A DNA stretch of 64,000 nt, taken from contig CM119371.1 of assembly GCA_051294905.1 (NCBI GenBank), positions 14,758,001 through 14,822,000 on the forward strand, given 5' to 3'. The DNA is from Botryllus schlosseri (lineage: Eukaryota). The notes beneath the pieces are model-generated. The model saw nothing but the letters and a program-made list of their open reading frames with translations, ran no database searches and was not told the DNA's origin. Position numbers and translations under genes: made by a program. Shown piece after piece: positions 11,952-24,600 of this stretch (its first letter is position 1; each line of letters begins with the position of its first letter).

Positions 11952-14295
11952 ATGGTCATTTGTCAGAATGTGGAGCAACATGCTGTGAATATGATGGTGG
12001 AACTAAATCGAATGAAGGAAGATAAGGATCATTGTGATTTTGCAATTGAAGTAGGAAACGACGTCTACTACGCCCGCAAAAATATATTGTCGGCTGGCTC
12101 TGATTATTTCAGAGCTATGTTGAAACATGACACCAAAGAGAGTCGAGAGAGTAGAGTAGTTTTTAAAGATGTCGATTCCGAATGTGTCAAAATCTGCATC
12201 GATTCTATATATTCCAGTAAAATTGAAATTTCGGATGGAAAAATGATTGAACTTCTTCACATCTCAATCTTGATGCAGTTGGAAGGTGTTAAGCATTCAA
12301 TATCCGGTATATTGGCTGATACAATTACCGTTGAGAATTATTTCTCCACAAGAAATGTTGGTGATATTTATGGACTGGGTGTTGTTTCTTCAAGATGCAG
12401 GATATTTTTACAAGAAAATATTATGGAAATCGCAAACCAAGCTGGATTTGACAGCATTGAAAAAAATGACATTATGAGTGTTTTGAAGTCGACGAAATCA
12501 AAGTTATTGGAAGAAGAAAAACTAGAGCTATCGCTCAAATGGGCCGAAAGATGTGAAAAGAAGAAGGAATATTTGTATGAATGTCTTGAATTTTTTGACT
12601 TCAATGAAATCTCCCCAACATTTTTGCAACATCTTCTAGAAAAGAACCCCAATATCAGGAATAATTATAAGTTGAATATGTTGATCAGAGGACATCTTCA
12701 GGAAGCATCGGTTGAACTGGTAAAAACAACCGAGGTTATAATTCTTTTTGATGAGGAAACAGATTGTATTCGGTCCTTTAATCCAATTTCGGAGAAAACA
12801 TCCAAGTTCCACAATGCTGGGTTTAGGCGTTTTAATTTTTTCACAGCAATTTACCTCGACTTCCATGTTTACATTTTATGCAAGGGTAAATCCGTTTATC
12901 GACTCAATGTTCAAAGAAAAATTCAAAATGGCAAAATATGGAAGACATGATTTGTGAACACGGGACGGATCCTTGCTCAGTGTCATTGTGCTGGTCAATA
13001 TTTGTCATTGGAGGAAGTGAAATAGGACAATATCGCATTGAAACTACTGATGTGTTGAGAATTATTTCTCTACAAGAAATGTTGCTGATGTTTATGGACT
13101 CGATGACATTTCTTCAGTGTGTAGAGAATTTCTACAAGAAAATATAAGAGAGATCGAAAACCAAGCTGAATTCGGTAGCGTTGACAAAAATGATATTATC
13201 AGTGTTTTGGAATCGGAGAAATCGATTTTGTGGGAGGAAGAAAAACTGAAGGTATTGCTCAAGTGGATTGAGACATGTCAAAAAAAGAAGGAATATTTGC
13301 ATGAATGTCTCGAATTGATAGAGTTTGACGGAATCTCACCAACATTTTTGCAGCATCTTCTAGAAACTCATCCCATTATCAGGAATGATGCCAAGTCATA
13401 TGAGTTGATCCACAGACATGACCTGGAAGTATCAGTTGAACGGGTCAACAAAAAAGAAATGATAATTCTTTTTGATTTGGACGCAGATTGTATGCGATCT
13501 TTTAATCCAGTTTCCGAGAAAATAACTAGGTTCCACGATGCGAAGTTTACGCATTTTAAATCTTTTACAACTATCGTTCTTGAGTCGTATGTTTACATTT
13601 TATGCGAGAATAGATCTGTTCATCGACTCGATTTTCGAAGAAAAAATTCAATATGGCAAAGGATGGAAGATATGTTATGTCGTCATGGTACATATCCTTC
13701 CTCGGTGTCATTGTGCGGATCAATATTTGTCCTTGGAGGAAGCTATGACCCGGAACTAAATTTTGTGGAACGGTTTGATCCTTCTTTAAATCGATGGTTT
13801 CTAATGGAAAACAACCATGCAGCAGATTATGGTGCAAGTCACGGGCCATTGGATGATCCTGTGTATTGTATCGGAGGTGGTGGTGAGGATTTTCAGCTTT
13901 CTGCAGTCTGCAGATTCACTCCATCCTCATCAGAGTGGGTTGACCTTGAACCGATGAGATATCATGTCTGTCATAGTGGTGTTGTTGCAGTTGATCGAAA
14001 GATATTTGTGACCGGCGGTTTGAGTGGAAAAGAGCTCATCAACAATGTAGAATGTTACGATGTCACATCAGCTCAGTGGTCTTCATTACCATCTATGAAT
14101 GTTTGTGATGAGGGCCATGCTGTTTATCACATCGGCAATTGGATTTATGCGGTGAATTGGTATCACGATTCCGATGACATTGAGAAGTACGATATATTGA
14201 ACAAGAAATGGTATAGCTTGAAAAAAGAAGAAAATGATTATGCTTATTGGACTTTGACTTTCGGACTCCGAGGATCTGCAATGGTGAGAGTATAG
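11952..14295 (+). pseudogene. Chimeric BTB-BACK-Kelch pseudogene: 5' part of one paralogue fused to the 3' part of the next
   Basis: BTB-BACK to ~12920, a 1-nt shorter A-run (frameshift), first Kelch repeat to ~13052, then an abrupt switch to BACK-coding sequence matching 38691 onward. 13117-14295 is open to the normal stop. Confidence 0.88.
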
Positions 14296-14473
14296 ATCAG
14301 TGGTACTTGAACTGAGGGCTCTTGAGAATATGTGATATTCTAACGTTGACTGAAAACCTCTTTGAATGATGTCTATGCATGCATTCTCGAGATTCGAGTA
14401 AGTTTCTGTTGTGCTGCAACATCAAAGTGATCTTACATATATATTTCTTGTTAAATGTTGGTTGGGTAGCAAG

Positions 14474-14663
14474 CAATGTTCCATCTAATTTTTTACGGGT
14501 CTGCCACACTCACCAACTCACTACGCAGACCCTTGGAAAACAGTGCGTAACGACAAAAAAGTTCATCACTTCGGATTTTTTGTGCGCAACTTGGATTTTC
14601 TGTGTGCAGAGACCGTGAAAGCACTGCGTATTTGCGCACATGCGCAGCTTAGAGGGAACATTG
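14474..14663. mobile_element. hAT-type MITE (190 bp)
   Basis: CAATGTTCCATCTAA...TTAGAGGGAACATTG; TSD GTAGCAAG/GTAGCGAG. Confidence 0.85.
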
Positions 14664-14793
14664 GTAGCGAGTAAAAGACATGACTGTGTGCCGTCGCTGA
14701 GTTGAGTGACAAAATTATTAATTTAATTTGCAGTATGGTATATCTAATGTAGCCTAGATAGTACTATTATTCATCCTTGAAGACTGGTTGGTG

Positions 14794-16407
14794 ATGATCA
14801 TGGTGCAGGTTGCTATTAAACGTGCAGAGAAACGTGCAGTGAAGATGATGCAGGAATTATATCGAATGAAGCAAGATCAAGATCATTGTGATTTCATAGT
14901 TCAAGTCGGGAATGATGTCTATCACGCTCACAGAAATATATTGTCAGCCGGTTCGGATTATTTCAGAGCTATGCTGAAGCATGATACAAAAGAGAGTCGC
15001 AAAGGAAGAGCTGTATTAGAAGATGTAGATTCCGAGTGTGTGAAAAGTTGCATCAATTTCATATACTCAAGCAAATTTGAGATTCCTGATGGCAAAATGC
15101 TCGAACTTCTTCACGTCGCAATCATGATGCAGTTAGAAGATGTAAAGGATGCGATATCCGATATTTTGATTGAATCAATTAGCACTGAGAATTACTTCTC
15201 TACAAGACATGTTGGTGATATTTATGGACTGGTAGATGTGTCTTCAGATTGCAGAGAATTTCTACGAGAAAATATCATGGAAATCGCAAACCAAGCTGGA
15301 TTCGGGAGCGTGGAAAAAGATGAACTTCTCGGTCTTTTGAAGTCGGGAAAATCCAAATTATGGGAAGAAGAAAAACTTATGTTATTACTCAAGTGGATCG
15401 ACAAATGCCACAGTAAAGGGGAATATTTGCGTGAAGGTCTTAAAGCGATCTACTTTGATAAAATATCTCCAGCGTATTTGCAACATGTTATACAAACTCA
15501 ACCCCTTATAAGCAAAGATTATGAATTGTACAAGATAATTGCTCGATATATTTTGAATGCTTCTAACAAGGCACAAGAAGAAAATGCTGCTTCTGAATTG
15601 ATTATTCTTTTTGATCGGGAAGGAGAATGCCTCCGATCCTTCAATCCAGTAACCGAGCAAATAGAAATGTTCCACGAAGCGAAGTTTCAGTCCTCGTTGA
15701 ATTTCACCGCAATTACATGCGACTCGTATATTTACGTTATATGCGAGACTAAATCTGTTTTTCGACTCCACTTTCATTGCAAAAAATCAAAATGGGAAAA
15801 GACCGACAGTATGATTTGTGACCATGGTATCTTTCCTCACTCTGTTTGTTCATCCGGGTGCATATTTGTCATTGGTGGCAGTTATCTTACAACAACCAGG
15901 GACGTGGAAAGATTCGACGCATCTGTAAATCAATGGTTCCAGCTGGAGAACAAACCTACAGTGATTTCTGATGCAGGTCTCGTATCATTGAATGATTACA
16001 TCTACTGTATCGGAGGTAAAGGGGAGGATGGCAATTTTGTTTCTTCATTCTGCAGATTCAGTCCATCGTCATCAGTGTGGGTTGACCTCGAGCCAATGAG
16101 ATATCCGCTTGATGACTGTGGTGTTGTTGCAGTTGATCAAAGAATATTTGTGAGCGGTAGTTGTAGTATTAATTCTGTCGAATGTTACGATGTCCTTTCA
16201 GCACAGTGGACTTCGTTGTCATCTATGATTCGTTGTCGTGGTTGGACTACTACATATCTAATTGGCAACTGGATTTATGCAGTAGATGAGTGTGGCCTTT
16301 CAGATAATATTGAGAAGTACGATTTATCGAAGAAGGAATGGTATGACATTCGTTTGAATGCAGGTCCGTCATTTTGTGTATGCGGAACTGTAATGGTTAA
16401 GGTATAG
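14794..16407 (+). CDS. BTB-BACK-Kelch protein, intact
   Basis: Full domain set in one ORF; closest paralogue is 41294-42922. The start ATG could be 14794 or 14800. Confidence 0.92.
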   Translation: MIMVQVAIKRAEKRAVKMMQELYRMKQDQDHCDFIVQVGNDVYHAHRNILSAGSDYFRAMLKHDTKESRKGRAVLEDVDSECVKSCINFIYSSKFEIPDGKMLELLHVAIMMQLEDVKDAISDILIESISTENYFSTRHVGDIYGLVDVSSDCREFLRENIMEIANQAGFGSVEKDELLGLLKSGKSKLWEEEKLMLLLKWIDKCHSKGEYLREGLKAIYFDKISPAYLQHVIQTQPLISKDYELYKIIARYILNASNKAQEENAASELIILFDREGECLRSFNPVTEQIEMFHEAKFQSSLNFTAITCDSYIYVICETKSVFRLHFHCKKSKWEKTDSMICDHGIFPHSVCSSGCIFVIGGSYLTTTRDVERFDASVNQWFQLENKPTVISDAGLVSLNDYIYCIGGKGEDGNFVSSFCRFSPSSSVWVDLEPMRYPLDDCGVVAVDQRIFVSGSCSINSVECYDVLSAQWTSLSSMIRCRGWTTTYLIGNWIYAVDECGLSDNIEKYDLSKKEWYDIRLNAGPSFCVCGTVMVKV

Positions 16408-19400
16408 TCACCGAGCTGGTAAAAGTTGTCCGCGTTACGGGTCCATTAGAGATCACACCACATATTTACACTCTGTCCATTTTCGACGTATCAGCACTAC
16501 GATTATTCAAATTAACTTGAAAAGGTACATTAAGTCGAGATGGGCTGTAACTTTTAAATGTATCTTCGACTGCTTAAAATGACTGATGACACTTGAAATT
16601 GATGAAGATTTACCTACGATAACACGGGCTACTTCTAGGCCTAAGATAATCACACCCACAGAAGCTTTGCAGACTCATCACAAAACTAGCTGAAATATTT
16701 CATTACGTACCAGCGAAGTATAGTTTTACCCCAAAACTTGTAAAGTAAGATTGGTCTTGAAAACATCACCGCTTGGATGAGTAGTGCACATTGAGAGAAC
16801 CTACTTGAGTTCTTCAAAAATATTAAGTAGTTCGTTTTGATGACTTCCGACTTTTAGCATATATCACTCTGTATGGGCCGTAGTAGATTGTTATGAATGA
16901 TATGGAAATCGCTTTCGGAGTGCTTGAAAGATTTGTATATAACGTTTCTTTTCCTAACACCAGTCTTCCCAGCAATTTCAATGTTTCATAATAAATTGCA
17001 ACTCTGCGATCACGGTTTCTGTTGAACTCCTGTCGATGTGTCCGTGAACAGGGCTTTCACAATGAAATATTTACATATACATGTACACATGCCAGGTTAG
17101 AGTTGGCAAGGCTTGAAGCTGACTGAAGAGTTTGCCTTGGTGATGATAGTGGTGCTCAACATTTTAGCTTGTGGAATGGTAAAATTACAAAAGAACTTCA
17201 AACAATCAAAATCGAATCAGAAAGACAAAAGCACGCAGGCAGACTTGGGTAACTGGATAATTGTAGTCTAATTGCACTAAATTAGAGCGAAGTGCCAGTA
17301 ATCTAATTCTGATCCAATTTGGAAAAGCTGAAAATTTTCTAGTTGTCCATAAGTCTGTACGCAGGAGTGTAGATCCGGATTGTGATTTCGCATTGAAAGT
17401 AGAAGATTAGCAGGATTTTCCACTGAAGTATGAGAAATTAGTATGATGTCAGACGACCTTTTTTGGACTCTAAAAACCCTTCATCCAAAATTTTTCGGAC
17501 ACTGAATTTCAAATGGCAAGGTGGAGCCGGTTGGATTCGGAAATTTGCGAATGAGACCATCTCTGCTCTCCGGTGCCTCAACCGTTATTAACTGTTTTAT
17601 CAGTTAAGCGTCTATACTATATTTGGTATCATATTTGCTTTCACTGTGTTGCTGTAATCATAGCCATGCCGCAATCATTGATTTACTCGCTGGTTGATTA
17701 ACTAATGAATTCTCTCTTTATCTCTATCTCCCTCTCTCACTCGCTCGACAATAAACAATAACATTGAGTAGGAGAACACGCTTCTACTTGATGGTATCGA
17801 GTTGTAATGTTTATTCGACAGCCAATCGATGTTTATGGTGACTTGTAGTAGTTTTTTCTTGTAGATATAATATCCTTGTAGTAAATGAAGCGATGAACGT
17901 ACGGGCCGCAAGTCATGTCGTAGCGTGAGACGGAGACAAACCCTGTACCGTGAGTCGGTAAAAAACCAAAAACTGCAATAAAAGTCTGTAAAGTAAAGAC
18001 ACCTTCCCAGATTCCAGTCAGTGACAACGAGTGAGGGATAGATTACAAGTATACGATATCTGCATACGAGAAAATATAGAGTAAACAGAGCTCACGGTCT
18101 ACTTATGTTTTATCCTATTTCAAGATGTTGCAAGTTTTATATACTAAACTGTCTGAAAGCCAGCCTACAACTCGTTAACGACGTTTAGGACCAATAATAT
18201 ATGAAAACTAGACATATTTTTAGGCAAAATTTGACGAAATATTTCGCTTATAGCACTATTTGGTAGTGAAGTAGATTATATCAAAGTCAAATTTATTCAA
18301 GAAGAAATCCAATAGTCCAAATCAAGTTGTGGTGAATTAAATGGAACTAGGCCTTGCAGAAACTTTAATAGAACAATGTGTAACAGGAATCTTCAGTCAT
18401 ATTTGCAGTCTGGGTTGACTTTGGAGGAGAACCACTAGTAGGCCTACGTATTGTTGGAAATTATTAGACTACTTGTATTTTTACTTGGCATTACATTGTA
18501 ACAGCGATAGGCTATTTGTAGGGGCGTATCTAGCCGAAAAAAATGAGGGGTACCTTCAGAATAGGGGGTGTTTTTAAAAGGACAGTGTGTTCCTAGTTCT
18601 AACCAATTGATCAGCTTGAATGTATGCAGAAATGCAGATATTACTACGGTCAGATAATCTTACTGGTTTTTATGACTGCCTCTTCGCGTATACAAAATTA
18701 AGTACAACTAAACATAACATTGTAACCCGTAAGCGAAGATAACAGCATAAAGAGAGACTGCGAGGTATCTTGACCTTAATTACCAAAGCGAGGATGTTAT
18801 CACAAAAGTGCGCGCAGATCATATCACAGCACATCGGGAGATCTCTCCATGTTGCACTCATATACGAACACTCGAACAGTGAAGATACGCAAATGAATGT
18901 TTTCGTTTGTATCAATTGTTCAGCCTGTTTTTGCACATGATCTCGAATAATTTTGTTCTAAATCAATATGATATCTACTGCATGCCAATATTTTTGTGTG
19001 TGGAGATGTTGAAGACCAATTAACGATTGAGCTTGTGCGATTGCATCACATGAATAACAGTGGCCCGGCGCAGGCTTAGGCTCGCATTCAAAATGCATTC
19101 CTAAATGTGTTTGCGGTTCAAAAGTGACAATGCGAATTGTAGAGACAAAGACTATAGCTTTGCGTTATTACAACATTACGTTGCACAATGATGTAGAACT
19201 ATTATGCGCCGCAAATCACAAAGCGGCCTAGCCTCCAATGTTTTTACTACTGACTAAGCGCGGCAGACTAGATCACTACTGTAAAATCACAGGGATACCA
19301 TCATGAACATAATTATTTACGGTCAAAACCCTTGAAATTTCACTCTCTAGCACTATATACTTGCAATAAAACGTTTGTATACTTTACATTGGGCTGATTT

Positions 19401-19989
19401 CCATTTTTGAAAGTCCACCGGTCCGCCAAATATTTTTCGAAATTTTACCGGTCCGCGAGGTCAAAAAGGTTGAGAACCACTGATCTAGACTTTAATAACC
19501 GCTTCAGATTACCATACTTCGTTATTGGCCCTCTCTGGCTAGATGCTCATTGAGCCGTTAGCCAACATTATTAGAAGCATGTCAGCCACAATTGGACTTT
19601 GCTTTACTATGTGTTATCTGTAATTTCCAGTTTTTGCTTAATTTATTCTCATTGAGTACACACTCTCAGCGTATGTACTTCTGTTAGTACATGATGAGTT
19701 TTCTTTTGCATAACGTGTTGGGTCTTGTGTTGTCAGATTTGAATTGTATGTATTGTTTATTTCATTTGTTTCTTGTTACAGAGTTCGGTGAATAAGTCCT
19801 ATCTCTAGGTCAGGGGTCGGCAACCTTTTGGTAGTTACGGGCCAAATTTCGAGTGTACAACTTTTTCGCGGGCCGGAATTTTTCATAATACTATATTTTA
19901 TGCTCACTTCGGTATATTATCCTACATTGCTGCAATCTCAATCATACCTTTAACAAAACACATTTATTTACACTTCAACAACGCAGAAT

Positions 19990-20870
19990 AAATGTGACAA
20001 TTGACGAAGCTTGCTTTGTGAAAGGTTTTCAACTTCTGGTAACAAGTCAGATGAAGCAAGAATCTGACCATATTTTAAATGGGCATCCGAAATAGTGATC
20101 TTAGCTTGCTCTTCGTGAATTTCATTGTTGAAAGCTATTGTTTAATGCGTACGTGCTACCAAATATCGATGCACTTTCTTTTGCATTGTTGGTCGAGCTG
20201 GGATAAAGACCAATTTCAAGAAGGTACTCTAAGTAAAGTCATGCAGCGATATGCTCTTTGTATGAAATTTGTCATTCAATTCAACTGCATCGCATTTAAA
20301 AATGGCCCATTTGAAATTTTCAGGCATTGGTATTGGCGTCCACATTAAACGGAGTACTGAATAGTCGGAATTTATTTTGTAGAGAAGGAATTTAGGAGAA
20401 GCGGGTGAATATTCAGTAATTAAATTTCGTATCACAGTTACAAATGTAGTGTTGGTACTAGGTTTTCTCTCCTCCGGTATAGGAAATCGTGAGCGTAATT
20501 TCTTTGTCTTGTTGACCTTCCCAGGGTCGCAGATTTGTTTCGAATGCGCATCAACATCTCATGTATTCAGCTGTTTTCCCCCCAAGTTGCAAATTCAATT
20601 TGCTCAGATGTGACGTTAAATGTACAAGGAAAGCAAGATTAGATAACCATTTTCGATTACAAGATTATGAGTCGGCGATATTTATGTTTTCGAGGAGAGT
20701 TGCTATTTCATTTCTCGGTTCGTACACTCGTGCAAGCATAGCTGCTCGACTTGATGCGCCAACATAGCAGATATACAGGACATTGCCATATTAATTCTCT
20801 GCTTCTAATATTATCTGGCATAAATGTTGGTGATTCAGTTTGTGAGACCAAATCATATAAACAGTTTTCA
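19990..20870 (-). pseudogene. Degenerate hAT transposase (GTF2IRD2/SPIN-like), C-terminal part
   Basis: Hand translation of the minus strand gives SRAAMLARVYEPRNEIATLLE, WLSNLAFLVHLTSHLSKLNLQL, IFGSTY and MKFTKSKLRS...RQLSH, with stops and frameshifts. Confidence 0.8.
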
Positions 20871-20972
20871 TCATTGTGGCCAAAACACTATTCAGGTTTG
20901 TTTTCTTGGCGCACAATGTTTTCTTGGCGCACAATGCCTTCTGGTGAATTTAACTATAAATAACTAACCTAC

Positions 20973-21107
20973 TGTAGTAGCGTGACTGACGGTCTGTCTA
21001 ATATACGAGACGTGAGTTCTCAAGCAGCCATGTATTCAGTGACGACCAAGCACCGAAGCACCTGCGATGTCGTCACACCCTAGTGGCGCCATAGAGCTAC
21101 CACTACA
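20973..21107 (-). repeat. 3' LTR (135 bp)
   Basis: TGTAGTAGCG...CTACCACTACA; no difference from 25469-25603 seen by eye. Confidence 0.97.
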
Positions 21108-21698
21108 TCTCCCTTCTCGGGACAAGCACAAATGCTTATAAGCAGCACAAACATATACAACGCAAGCACAGAATGAAGACAATAAACAATCCGAATTGAG
21201 GCAGTTAGCGGTACAAAGGTATGAAGCAATTGGCAGGCAAGAGGTGAATGAAGAACACAACATATTTACACACACTACTCCTATAACTACATCAGTACTC
21301 CTCGATGTATCTACGAGGTGCGGTTCTGTTCCGATCCGACCGTCGGACTATCGCCGCCTCATGATGGTCATCACGATCGACACTAGTAGCGCTCGAACTG
21401 CTATCTCATCCCTGATCGGGAAATTTGAAGAATTCAGCTGCCTCACTGGCGGTAATGTCGACGCCTTCTTGCGGGGCATTCTCCGTCTGGTATCTCCGCA
21501 CCATTCGGCGATTTCTTCTGAAGGTGCCACGCCCAGTTCTGATAACCAAGGATCTGGGTTGAGTGTCAGTGTCAAGTTTTTCCACAACACCTTGCGATTT
21601 GCAGTCCGGAATCCAAACGCGATCTCCCACCTTGAACCTCCAGGTACTACTCTGTGTCTTTTGTTGTAATCACGAGTAACTCTGCGTCGGTAATCTGC

Positions 21699-24600
21699 TT
21701 AAGCTTTCTTCACGGCGGTTCGGTTGACAGACTTGGGCAGAAGATCGTCTGGATGACACGGTACTCTTGTTATTAGTTTGCGGCCCATGCTCAATTCTGC
21801 CGGCGAGTAGCCGATAGCCAATGGCGTGTTGCGGTATGTGAGTAGCGCCAGATATTCATCGTCACATTTTCGCAGAAGGTTTTTGATGGTCTGAACGGCA
21901 GGCTCAGCCTCCGAGTTCCCCTGTGGATATCTAGGTGAGGACATGATATGTTCAATTTTCCAGCTTTCGCAAAATGACGCAAAGTCGCGGGAAGAGAACA
22001 TAGGTGCTCCATCGGTGACCAAAGTCTCGCAGATGCCATGCCTACTGAAAATCTTCTTGAATTTCAGAATCGTCTCTGCTGCGTTCACTGTTTTGGAGAC
22101 TATGCAAATCTCAATGTCCCTGGAGTAGTAGTCAACGGCTAGCAGGTACATGGAATTCTGGTATTGAAAGAAGTCGGCACCAACACGGGACCAGGGTCTC
22201 TCTGGGAAGGATGCTGACAGCATCGGTTCAACCTTTTCTCGCTGATGCTCCGTGCACTTTTCGCAATTTCTGACGGTTTCTTCAATGTCCTTAGAAATTC
22301 CAGGCCACCAGCATGACTGTGATGCATTGAGTCGGGATTTTGTCACCCCTTGGTGAGCATCATGAAGGTATCTTAAAACGTCTTGTCTCAGCGTACAGGG
22401 GATCACCAAGCGATTCCCTTTAAGCAGCAGTCCTTCATAAGTAGATAAACAGGCTCTATCATTCCAGTATGGCCTAAGTGGGCCATGCAGCGTCTCTTTG
22501 CATTTCAGCCACCCTGAGGATACATATTGCATCACTGTGCGCAATACGTCATCTTTCTGGAGCTCTGAGCGAATTCCATCCAACTGTTTACAAGACGCAG
22601 GAAGGCTGGATGTGACGGCATTGACATAGGCTTCTGTCTCATTATGAAGGCCATCAACGTCCTCGAAAGTTGGCAACGGACAACGAGACAATGCGTCAGC
22701 GGTATATAGCAGTTTCCCAGGAACATGAGATATGGTGAAGTTGAACTTCATCAGCCGCATTCGAAATCGTTGCACTCTGAGCGGAAGCTCATCAAGAGTC
22801 TTTGTTGACAAAAGTGGAACTAATGGTTGGTGATCAGTCTCCACGCGAAGTTGATGCAAGCCGATCAGGAGTTCCTTCCATCTCTCCATAGACCACGTTA
22901 TAGCAAGGGCCTCCTTCTCGATTTGAGCGTATCGTCTCTCTGTCTCAGTCAGCGATCTGCTAGCATAAGCGACAGGGCGTAGAGAGTTGTCTACCTGACG
23001 TTGCATCAGCACAGCTCCAAGTCCATAACTGCTGGAGTCGGCAGAGATAACAGTTTCCTTATCCGGGCTGTACATAGCAAGAGTCACATCCGAGGACAGC
23101 TCTGCCTTAACCTGGTCGAAGGCCAGCTGTTGTTCAGCACCCCAGAGCCACGAAGTGTTTTTCTTCAGTAGATCCCTCAGAGGCTTTGTAAGCTCAGCCA
23201 GGTTGGGTGAGAATTTCATGAGTTGATTGGTCATTCCCAGAAACCTTCTCAGTTCCGGGACGTCTGAGGGAGCGGAGAACTTGGCAATCGCCTCAACCTT
23301 TTTAGGATCCTTGCCGATGCCATCTTTACCAACAACATGTCCAAGGTATTCCAGTTTAGTCGCTGAAAAGACACATTTGTCTCTATTCAATGTAATTCCC
23401 TCATCTCGGAGTCTATCCAGTACAAGTCCGAGGGTGGTATTGTAATCCTGTGGTGAGCTAGCAATTATGATGTCATCCATGTGACATATCACATTGGGGA
23501 TGCCAGCAAGCACCTGATTCATTTTCCGTTGGTAGACTTCGGGTGCGCTGGCGATACCGTATGGAAGCCTCTTGAATCTGAACCTCCCATCAGGGGTGAT
23601 GAATGTAGTTAACTTACGACACTCCGGTTCAAGTTCTATTTGATAAAATCCACTATTTGCATCCAGTTTGGTGTAAACAGTTCCTTCGGCAATCTTCCCC
23701 AGGGTGCTCTCAACTGTCGGCATAGGGTAGAGTTCCCTATCAACAGAATCATTTAGTTTCGTTAGATCCACACACATGCGTATTTCAGAGTTTTTCTTTG
23801 GTACCACAACGATCGGTGCGCACCAGTCTGTTGGCTCGTTGACAGGCTCAATTATGTCCGCCTTTTGCAATTTATTTAGCTCAGCAGTCAAACTACCAAG
23901 CAAAGGAATGGGAACTCTGCGAGGTACTTTCAGGCTAAACGGTTTAGCATTCGCCTTCAGTTTGATAGAGTACTGTCCTTTCATTTTTCCAACTCCTTGA
24001 AAGAGTTCAGGGTAAGCTTTCATGACCTCTTCCTTAGACCGAAGCGAGGGAGTTACTGCACAGTCTACTGCACGGATGCTAACTGTACCCGGCACATCTT
24101 GCAGGAGTCCGATTTTGAATGCCCCTGGGATACCCAAGAGTAGTTTAGGCGTATCCCGGACAACGTAGACCTTTTCCACAACGGAGTTATCCTCAAACCC
24201 GAGCGTCATAGCGACATAGCCAAGGGTGGAAAGTTCCTTATTCCCTGCAGTCATCAAACGTTTGTCGGAGGGTCTGATGGATCCATATTGACGCTTGTAT
24301 ATGTGCAAGGGCATGACTGATACTTGTGCGCCAGTATCAACGCACCATGTAAGCAGGTCAAGGGCAACCTTGAGCTTGACAAACCAGCCAATATCTTCCG
24401 CTGGTTCCACCGTGCTAATGGTCAGCCCCTGGTGTGGGATTTCAGGCTCCATGTTAACTGTATCGGTATTGGGAGCACTATCCAAATCTACAGCAGCAAT
24501 CACGGATCCCACAAAGACTGGTGCGATGGGACTTGAGCGTCCGTCCACATCGTCTTCACCAACAGTATCGGATTCCACGGAGCGTATATTTGTCTGAGCA

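Larger units (their letters stand above)
13053..18518 (+). repeat. Segmental duplication, copy 1 (paired with 38691-46400)
   Basis: Colinear matches across two Kelch genes, the shared MITE and ~2 kb of non-coding 3' flank; similarity ends at ...GATAGGCTATTTG. Confidence 0.9.

Noticed and set aside
8135..15777. Antisense and alternate-frame ORFs overlapping Kelch genes
   Set aside because: Shadow frames repeated only because the sense genes are paralogous.
17702..18027. Minus-strand ORFs resembling those at 45491-45848
   Set aside because: Shared only through the segmental duplication; frames differ between copies and there is no domain signal.
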